A stretch of DNA of 64,000 bases, taken from positions 1 through 64,000 of the forward strand of contig JAPMXV010000006.1 in the NCBI GenBank assembly GCA_026936335.1, in the 5' to 3' direction. Below the pieces are notes generated by a model. That model saw only the letters and a program-made list of their open reading frames with translations, was not told the origin of the DNA and did no database searches. The stretch is from Mantamonas sphyraenae STR306. Its lineage: Eukaryota; Protista; CRuMs. A program made the translations under genes and the position numbers. Positions 23,808 to 33,200 of the stretch are shown here, in pieces (the stretch's first letter is position 1; every line of letters begins with the position of its first letter).

Positions 23808-24131
23808 ATGAGCAGTAACGAAGAAACAGTAGCAGGACATCCCGCAGCCGAAAAGGTCGGCGGCAAGCGCGTTGGTGACAAGGCCGAGATCCCGAAGAAG
23901 AGCGAAGAGGGGTCCAACGAGACGGTCGCCGAAGACATTGTCAACGTGGACGCAGGCACAGAGGTGCAGAGCTCCAACACCACCGAGAAGGACCTGTCGG
24001 GATATGCTGGCACCACCAAGGACATTGAGGCCAAGTACGAGTACCAGCAACAGCTGGAGAAACAACCCAAGAAGGATTTCACCGTGGCCAAGCAGCGTGG
24101 CAACAACTTTCACATCCAGCAGCCGCGCTAA
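23808..24131 (+). CDS. DAP: Death-associated protein 1 (DAP1/DAPL1) family
   Basis: N-terminal AGHPAAEKVGGKRV and C-terminal HIQQPR, the two conserved DAP motifs. 107 aa with an ACAACATG start. Confidence 0.85.
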   Translation: MSSNEETVAGHPAAEKVGGKRVGDKAEIPKKSEEGSNETVAEDIVNVDAGTEVQSSNTTEKDLSGYAGTTKDIEAKYEYQQQLEKQPKKDFTVAKQRGNNFHIQQPR

Positions 24132-24492
24132 GCAATGGGGAGAACCCGCGTCGATGTTTGAATGTGCATAAACAATCTTTTACAGGCGCTCCTCTATCCA
24201 CACACGTCGTGAGCACCCTCGCTGTACCCGTCTCTCCTCACCCCACCGCGTTTTGACAAGTGATTCCGTTTTCGTCAAACGAGAAAACGGAAACCAGCCG
24301 CTCGCCGGCACTCACCCCGTACCAGCCCGTGCAAACGTATAACAGCGCCGCGCAAACGCACGCATGCACGCTAGTGGCCGTTGCGACGTTTGCGCATGCC
24401 TGTATGCTAGCAAGAGGCATGTGCACGTGCAACGGTCAAGAAACAAGGCGACGGAGGATTTTGCGGAATTGTGTGTGATCCTTTTCTTCTCT

Positions 24493-25432
24493 TCAGCCTG
24501 TGGGCGGCACGGGCGAGCCTGGACCGGAAGGGCCATCGTCTGTTGGGATCAAACCATCCATGGGGGACGTGTTGCCGTTTCGGGTCCCCCACAGCCACAT
24601 GATGCCACACAAGAGGCCCACAAACACGGCGACGCACACTATCTCGCCCGTCACCTTCCACCCCACATGCCTATGGAACGCTCGCTGTGTAGCGTAGCAG
24701 CATCGCCAGGCAGACCGCCGCTGCCTCTGCAGCTCGTTTTGCCGCGCCTCCCGAAACTCTTGCAGCCGCCCACGCTCCCTCTCATTGGCCCGCTCTTGCA
24801 GCACGCGCAGCTTGAACAACTGTGTGTGGATGTGACAGTAAGGAAGCGTGCGTGCCCAACCACCGCCGTGCACATGTGTCAGCAACCTCAACTGCTCCTC
24901 TTGCTCCTCCTCTTGCTCCTCATTTTGTTGCTCAGCAACGAACACACACAAGCTGTGCATGGCTCTGCTCCTTCCAGCGCAATCTCACGCTACCCCGTCC
25001 ACTCTGTCATCACACCCACTCACGTCCTTGCCGCCCCAACATCCATATCGCCGCCGACACAAGGGGCTCCACAACCTGTCGCTCCCGGCAACAATCCTCC
25101 ACCGTGCGCTCACCGCAGAACATCGAAACAAATCCGTGGCATCCAGAAACCCAAAAACTGTGCACCCAACGTTGTGTCAGCGCGTACCCAACGCCTCCTT
25201 CCTGACTTCCGCCACCCAAATCCCCCGCCGGAGATTCTCACGTACTGTACATCAGAACGTCATCGTCCAGCAGGTCAAACCCGCTCGACTCCTCCTGAGT
25301 GTCAATGTCACTGTGCAGCGCGCTCTGTGCGCTCTCAATGTCATCCAGCTGCTCCTGTGAGGTCATGAAAACGTGGACCCGACGGCTGCGTCGCCTGGAA
25401 AACCGTGATGTCCTCACTTCGGCAATGTTCAC
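24493..25432 (-). CDS. Hypothetical multi-exon protein with a coiled-coil and a C-terminal TM segment
   Basis: Pieces MNIAEVRTSRF...DLLDDD and QEEEQEEQLR...EIVCVAVFVGLLCGIMWLW separated by intron-like GT-rich sequence. Exon structure not resolved. Confidence 0.45.
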
Positions 25433-25682
25433 ACCTCTCCGTGCTCCTTTCTGTCTCGTGTCTCTGCTTCTCTCTGTCTCGGTGACTTGGTTGTCTCGTG
25501 TGTGTCCGACACCTCGGGCTCACGTGTCCACCGACTTTTCGCTTGGCTCCGCAGTCGAGGTTCCACATCCAACCACAAGCCCTCTCCCACCATTCCCACC
25601 GCCACCCTCGTGTGACTTTCTCCACAATCCCTAGTCCCTACCGCACACTGTGGAGCCCCGTCCTGCCCAACGCAACCAGCCA

Positions 25683-27128
25683 ATGCGGTGCTCCCAACTG
25701 ACGGTTCTGGCCTGCGTCGCCATTGTCCTCGGTATCAACTTCGCCTACATCCACAATTTCAGTTCCCCCGAAGCTCCAGATATCTACAACCCCTTCCGCT
25801 CTCCAATCTCGGACGACTTTGTGCAGACCCGCCATTGCAGGATGTTCCAGCCCATCTCCCTGCTCATTCTCGTACCCAAAGACCACTACGAGCACATGGT
25901 GGATGAAGACGTATATAGACTCCATCAGGCCGCCCTCAAGCATCCATGCTTCTCACAGGCCCGTCTTTGGGGTCCTGGATGGCCAGGCTACTCGCCGCGC
26001 CTCTCTCTCGTCCAAAACCTTCTTGTCCACCACGACGGATACCGCCCTCACCTCTACTACTCCTACCTTGGCCCTCCAATCGATGTCCACGCCCTGTTTC
26101 CCGATCTACCTCGCATGGCTCCGGTGCCAGCCTCCGTCGAGGAACGCTACACGTCCACCGCGCACTTCCAACCGGTCTCGGCCAACTTTTTCACCACCTC
26201 ATGTTCCGGGAACACTTGCAAGGAAACCTTCCACGACCTGAAACAACCCGCCCTCACACTCAACACCGCCAACTCCTCACGCCTTCCAGACAACGGACTT
26301 GTTATTGTCCCTGAGTTTGCCGATCTCATGCATCATCGCGACTCGCCCCCAGGACGCCTTCACCTACATAATCCCATCTGCACCCCCCCTGAATTTCGCA
26401 GTCCCACACACACGTTGCACCACTATTCTCGCAGACCCATCGACGTCCTCATTGTCGTGCCCCCCACTGGCGCGCTTTTCCGCCCGCTCTTGCAATGGCT
26501 CGACAGCAACCCACATCACGACTCCCTCGCAGGGCTCCATGTCTCATTTTACAATCCACACACCTCGACACACTCCTCCCAATCCAAACAAAGCGCGGAT
26601 CGAGCGACGCTTTTCCAGTCTGCAAAAATCATTCTCGTACAAACGCCGACTACGGCCACCACCAGTCGCTTCGTGGGCGAGGCTCTCAATGCAGGTGCTG
26701 CACTTGCACTTACCAACCTGCCCCCCCAGGACATCAGCCACTACCTCCTCCATACTATCCAGCTGCGCAACCTTGACAAGCCGCAACGACTGCTCTCCAC
26801 CCTGCGCACCTGGATTCATACGTACCCAACCCACCTCTTCAAAAAGGCCCATGGCGGTTACAAATGGGCCTCCATTGTCTGGAGCTGCCAAGAAAAGGCC
26901 TCCCGCATTGCCAACGCCTACCACGCCTACCTCACCGGTGAGCGTGGTCTGAAGATGGGTGCAAACGCAGTCTACGGCTGCCAAATCATAGATCACGCTC
27001 TCGCCCGCCGCAGTAGGCAACAGCTCATGAAACTACTCGACAGCCCCTTCTCTGCACAACGAATCGACTTTGGTCGCTATGGCTACACGCGCTTCTGCAA
27101 CAGACGCAATCTGCCCCGCCTTGACTGA
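25683..27128 (+). CDS. Type II membrane protein, probable glycosyltransferase-like
   Basis: N-terminal TM (LTVLACVAIVLGINFAYI), ARLWGPGWPGY, and a C-terminal LFQSAKII...RFVGEALNAGA segment resembling the GT-B nucleotide-binding half. Confidence 0.55.
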   Translation: MRCSQLTVLACVAIVLGINFAYIHNFSSPEAPDIYNPFRSPISDDFVQTRHCRMFQPISLLILVPKDHYEHMVDEDVYRLHQAALKHPCFSQARLWGPGWPGYSPRLSLVQNLLVHHDGYRPHLYYSYLGPPIDVHALFPDLPRMAPVPASVEERYTSTAHFQPVSANFFTTSCSGNTCKETFHDLKQPALTLNTANSSRLPDNGLVIVPEFADLMHHRDSPPGRLHLHNPICTPPEFRSPTHTLHHYSRRPIDVLIVVPPTGALFRPLLQWLDSNPHHDSLAGLHVSFYNPHTSTHSSQSKQSADRATLFQSAKIILVQTPTTATTSRFVGEALNAGAALALTNLPPQDISHYLLHTIQLRNLDKPQRLLSTLRTWIHTYPTHLFKKAHGGYKWASIVWSCQEKASRIANAYHAYLTGERGLKMGANAVYGCQIIDHALARRSRQQLMKLLDSPFSAQRIDFGRYGYTRFCNRRNLPRLD

Positions 27129-27240
27129 TGACAAGAACTGAATGTACATGACCAGCACAAAATGGACCCCACTCAACTTGCATTCTGGATCCCCTCATTC
27201 CTCCGTCTCATCCCCCTCATTTTGATTGCAGCGTCACTGC

Positions 27241-30200
27241 TTAGCGGAAGAAGCAGCGGCGACGGCAAACCGTCCTGCGACGGCGCCTCTTGCATGTGCG
27301 GCGGCAGCGCCACTTGCGCACACGACGGCGCTTGACGACGCGACGACGGCGACGGCGACGGCGCACACGGCGACGACGACGGTTCAGGCGACGGCGAGCG
27401 CGACGCACGACACGACGCACGCGGCGACGACCACGGAAGCGGCGACGCAGCTTGCGAGCCACACGGCGAGCCTTCTTCACCAGACGGCGACGACGGCGGC
27501 GCAGGGTCTTGCGGGCACGGCGCGACAGACGACGACGGCGACGCAGCAGCTTGCGTGCAACCTTGCGGGCCTTCTTCACCAGACGGCGACGACGACGACG
27601 CAGCTTGCGTGCAGCCTTGCGGGCCTTCTTCACCAGACGGCGACCACGGCGACCGCGGCGACGCAGCTTGCGGACAACCTTGCGGCGCAGCTTGCGAGCC
27701 TTCTTGGCCAAGCGACGGCGGCGCAGCTTCAGCGCACGCTGGCGCTTCAGCCACTTCTTGTACACACCACGCCACTTGCGGCCGTAACGCTTGCGGAAAG
27801 CAGCAATGCGCTTACGGAGGGCCTTGCGCGCGCGGCGGATCTTGCGACCCTTGTTCTTGCGGCGCAGGCGAAGCTTCTTCACCCAGCGGCGGTACGCTCC
27901 CAGGCGCTTGCGCCACACCTTGCCGATGCGACGCACATACTTCTTACCAAAGCGCTTGCGCCACGAGCGGATGCGCTGCAGCCACACGCGGCGTGCCTTC
28001 AGCACATTGCGACGAGCCTTGCGACCCTTGCGACGAGCCTTGCGACCCTTGCGTCCCTTGCGACCCTTGCGGCCCTTGCGTCCCTTGCGTCCCTTGCGAC
28101 CCTTGCGACCCTTGCGTCCCTTGCGTCCCTTGCGGCCCTTGCGTCCCTTGCGTCCCTTGCGACCCTTGCGTCCCTTGCGTCCCTTGCGGCCACGACGACG
28201 GCGACGACGCGTCACACGACGGCGACGACGACGAAGGCGGCGGCGAGCCTTGCGCACACAGCGCTTACGCTTCTGAATGCACTTGCGTCGGATGCTGCGG
28301 CTGCCCACCTTGCAGCGCCAGCGGCACACCTTGAATGCCTTGCGGCCCTTGCGTCCCTTGCGGGCCACGACGACGGCGACGACGGCGACCCACCACAGGC
28401 TTCTTGTTCGTCGGCTTCCTCGTGCCCAGAACCGTCTTGATCAGGCGCATTGTCGCGCTGATCTTGTTGATGCGGCGGGTCAGAGCCTTGCGCTTGGCAG
28501 CGCACTTGCACTTCAGGTTGCCCAGGTGCTTCAGCACAGCCTTGTGGCTGGACACGTGCTTGGCAAAGCGACGCTTCCAACGTGCCATCTCGGCACGGTA
28601 CGAAGCTGCCGTGCGCCAGTGAGCCTTGGCACGGCTGATCAGCTTGCCGTTGCGAGCAATCAGCGCTGCCTGGCGACGCTTCAGCGATGCCACCTGAGCC
28701 TTGGCCTTGGCCAGAGCCTTCTTCAGCGCAGCCACGTTCTTGGCCTTCTTGGCCACCGCAGCCTTAAGCTTGCCCTCCAGCTGGCCAATGCGCACAGCCA
28801 GCTTCTGCTGGCTGCGACGCCACACGGCCAGGCGCGAAGCACGACGCCTTGTCACGCGCTTCACCACGCGCGACACACCGCGCACAATGCGGGCCACGGC
28901 CGAGCGGGCCTTGATGCAGCGAGCACGCGCAAGGCGCACACGCGCAGCCACACGGCGGCGGCGGCGACGGCGACCGCGGAAGCGGCGCTTCGTCTGACGC
29001 ATCTTGTGGCACAGGCGGCGACGGCGGCGACGGGCCACGCTGATGCGCATCTGAGAAACCTGGCGGCGGTAAGCCACACCGGCGGCACGACGAGCCTTCA
29101 GGCACTTGGCCACCTTGGCCTTCTCTGCTGCAAACTCAGCCTGCAGCTTCTTCATCGTGGAGGCCAGCGTCTTGGGGTTGCTATCAGCCTCGGCGATCTT
29201 GCGCATCACCACGTACTTGGCCGTCTGGCCCTTGACCGTGCAGGCCAGGGTGGCGGCGTACTGCTCACGCATCTTCTTGCGCAGAGCATGAGTCTTCTTC
29301 TGCTCCTGCAGCTGGAACTTGCGGTTGTTGCACTGCAAGTTCACACGCTGGTACGTGGCACGCAGGTTGGCCACACGCAGGCGGTACGCACGGCTCTTGC
29401 GACCCTTGCGGCTCGTCAGGCTTTGCGCACGCTTGATCTGCGCACGGATGTTGGTGCGGCGCTTCACGCACTTGGTCAGCAGCAGCGACAGGCGCTTCAG
29501 GAAAGCGGCGCTGTTCTTGTCGTGCGTCTTGCGCACCACAGCGTCCTCCTTCAGGCGGCGGATGTTCAGGGCATCCAGCTTGCGCTCCAGAGACACAGCC
29601 TTCTTCTCGGCGGCGGCCTTCTGGGCAGCGAGCTTGGCCTTGGCCGCACCCGTGGCCTTGGCCACAGCACGGATCAGGCTCAGCACGGTGCGCTGGGCCA
29701 CACGCAGCTGCATGCGCAGGCGGCGAGCCTGCTTGGCACCAATGCGCAGCGCAAACACGCGGCGAGCACGCTCCTCACCAAGGCGCACCTTGATCAGGGC
29801 GTTCACAGCCTGCGACAGCGATCGCTTGGCGGCAGCCACACGCTTGTTGGCGCGAGCCACCAGAGCAAACCAGCGACCGGCGCTCAGCTGCTTCTTGCGG
29901 CCCTTTGCCTTCTTTGCAGCCTTGACGGCGGCGTTGCGAGCGCGCTTCAGGCGCTGGATCAGTGCCTTCAACGTGGCGGCCGTGTAGAAGCGGAAGCGGT
30001 TGCAGCGTGCACAGTTGCGTGCAATCACCACACCGGCGGCCTCAAACAGACGACGCAGAGTGCGCACACGAGCGGCCGCGTTGCGCTTGGCCTTGCCCTT
30101 CTTTGTGGCCTCGGCGTGTCGAGCACGAGCCAGCTGGCGAGCCAGCTGGGCACGACGACGACGCGCATTGCGAACCACGCGGTTGCGCAGGCGCATCAGA

Positions 30201-33200
30201 CGACGGGTGCGACCCAGAGTCTTGATGGCAGCACGGCGGTTGGCACGGAACAAGCGCATGGCACGCACCTCACGACGACGCGTGCTACGCAGACCGTTGC
30301 GGCAGATCAGATCCCGACGGCGAGCGTTGGCAAGAGCACGCTTGAGCGCAAGCTCCTTGCGACGCAGCTTGTTGCGGTAGCGGCGGCGCGGCGCGACACG
30401 GCACGGGCCTTGGCCAGCGCACGGTTGGCCTTGAGCGTGGCCGCACGGGCAATCGCCTTGGCGCGGGCAATCGCACGACGGCTGGCCTTGGCGCGACGCA
30501 GAGCAGCAAGAGCACGGCGGGCGCGCAGAGCAGCAGCACGGCGACGAGCGGCAGCCTGACGCACGGCACGAGCCTTGGCGGCGGCGCGCGCAGCCTTGGC
30601 ACGGCGGGCAGCCAGAGCACGGGCACGCTTCTCACGCAGCAGCTTCTGGCGGTACGAGTGCTGCCACTGGTTGCGGCGGTGCAGGGCACAGCGGTAGTAG
30701 CGGAACGCATGCTTGTGGTAACGCTTGCGGCAGTACTGCAGACCAGCCTTGCGCGCACGGCGCGGGATGTGGTTGAACACCAGGCTGGCCAGGCGCAGGT
30801 AACGCAGGCGACGGGCACGCACGCGAGCGGCGTGAGCAAGAGCCTGATCCTTGAAACCGACGGCGCTGTCAAACACGCAGTTGTAGTAACGCATGCGGTT
30901 GTTCTTGGCGAAGCGACCGCAGGCCTTGGACACAGCCTTGCGCTCGAACGGGTTCAGCTTCTTCAGGATGGCGTTGGCGCGCTGCAGCCACACCACGTTG
31001 TTCTTCTGGTTGCCGCGAGCACGGACGCACAGGCCGCTGGCGGCATGGGCAGCCAGCTCGCGCGCGTACACGTACACGTTGTAGTAGCCACGCGTGAAGC
31101 GGCCCTGGCCGCGGTTGCCCACGCGGTGGCACGTCATGTACAAACGGATGCGCTGACCATCGTTGGCCGTCAGCCACTGGTTGACACGACGGCTCTTCAG
31201 CGCCAGGCGCTTCTCGCCGCTGAACTGGCACAGGTCGTTGTACAGACCGACGCGCTTGCCGCTCTGGTACACCCACACCTGCGAGTTGAGGCCGCGGTTA
31301 CCCCAGTGGGCGCCGTACTTGACGACGGTCACCACCTTGATGTTGCGGTACGCGAACAGAGTCATCGCGCCCTGCTTGCCGTAGATGTCAAAGCCCTTGG
31401 CGTACATGGAACGGTAGTGCGGGTCGCCCGTGGCGTGGCACGACAGCTCGCGGCCGCTGTTCTTGGAGCCAAACTTGCGCGCACGCTTGAGAGCGCGTGC
31501 AGAGCACAGCAGCACACGGTACAGGTGCTTGCCGTACTTGCGATGGCAATACTGGGCAGCCGTGCGGCGTGCCTTGACATCCGAGATCTGGCGGTAGTTG
31601 TTGGCAATCTGCTTGCGCCACTTGGCGTCGCGCTTGCGGCGAGCAATGATGTGCGCGGCAGCCTGGCGGCCAAAGCCCACCGAGCTGTCGTAGATGCAGT
31701 TGAAGTAGCGCTCACGCGTGCGCTGGCCACGGCAGCGGTGCACAGCGATCTGGCGCTGCACGGTGCTCAGCTGGCGCAGGACCTCGTTGGCACGATGCGT
31801 CCAGAACGACGAGTTGGACTTGTTGCCCTTGCCGCTCAGGCAGATGCCCGAGCTGCGGTGGGCAGCCAGTTCACGTGCGTACACGTACACGTTGTAGTAG
31901 GCACGCGTGTAACGGCCCTGGCCGCGGTTACCGACGCGGTGGCAGTTGAAGCGAACACGGATGTTCTGGCCGTCGTTGGCACGCAGGGTCAGGGACGCGT
32001 TGCGTCCGTTGGCCTTGAACTTGCGCTGGCCACCAGCAAACTGACACAGGTCGTTGTACACGGCCACGCGCTTGCCACCCTGGTACAGCCACACCTGCGA
32101 GTTCAGGCCGCGGTTGCTCCAGTAGGCACCGTACTTGACCACGGTGATCACCTTGGCGCCCTTGTAGTTAAACAGGGTCAGGGCACCCTGGCGCGAGTAG
32201 ATGTCAAAGCCACGGCCGTACATGGAACGGTAGTGAGGGTCACCCGTGGCGTGGCAGCCGAGCTCGCGGCCAGCGCTGACCTTGATGTTGCGCTGCTGGA
32301 TGGCAGCAGACAGGCTCTTGCGCACGCACTGCAAATAACGCTCGGCGTGGTTGCCGTAGCGCTTGTGGCACACCTGCTGCACAGAGGCACGGTACTTGGG
32401 GGCCACCTTGGCCAGGATCTTTGCGGCTTGCTGGCGGAAGCGCAGTTCACGGCACGACGGGCCACAATGTGGTGCACCGCCTCGCGGGTGAAGCCATGGG
32501 CGGCGTCGTACACGCAGTTGTAGTAGCGCACACGCAGACGCTGGCCGGCGCAGCGCTGGCGGGCCAGAGAACGCTGGGGCGGTGCCAGCTTGGCCAGGAC
32601 CGCGTTGGCGCGGCGAGTCCACACAGCGGCGTTGCCGCGGTTGCCACGAGCACTGACGCAGATGCCAGAGCCCTGCAGAGTGGTCAGCTCACGGCCGTAC
32701 ACATAGGCGTTGTAGTAGCCGCGGGTGAAGCGGGCCTGTCCGCGGTTACCCACACGATGGCACGAGGCACGCAGACGCAGCTGCTGGCCATCGTTGGCGG
32801 TGAACACAGCGTTGACACTGCGTCCATTCATGCGGTACTGCCTCTGGCCCGAGTACGTGCAGGTGTCCGTGTAGCGGGCCACACGGCGGCCGTTCTTGTA
32901 CACAAACATCTGCGAGTTGAGACCACGGTTGGCACAGCAGGTGCTGTACTTCACGTGCGTCACAATCTTGATGTTGCGGTACTGCATCAGGGTCATGTTG
33001 CCCTGGCGCGAGTAGATGTCGAAGCGGCGGCCAAAGAACGAGCGGTAATGCGGGTCACCGGTGGACGCGCACGACAGCTGGCGACCACCCTGCTTGGCTC
33101 CCAGGCGCTTCTTCAGCTTGTACTGGCCGACCTTGGCGCGGGCGCACATCAGGTAGCGTGCGGCGTGCTTCAGGTAGCGCTTGCACTGGCGCATGGCCTG

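Noticed and set aside
23678-24106. N-terminal 143 aa of the 1756-aa ORF
   Set aside because: Starts at a non-ATG codon and is antisense to DAP1. ATG 23677 is the more plausible start.
28010-28190. Regular short repeats as a possible CRISPR array
   Set aside because: Head-to-tail 9-bp units with no unique spacers, explained as (RKG)n coding sequence.
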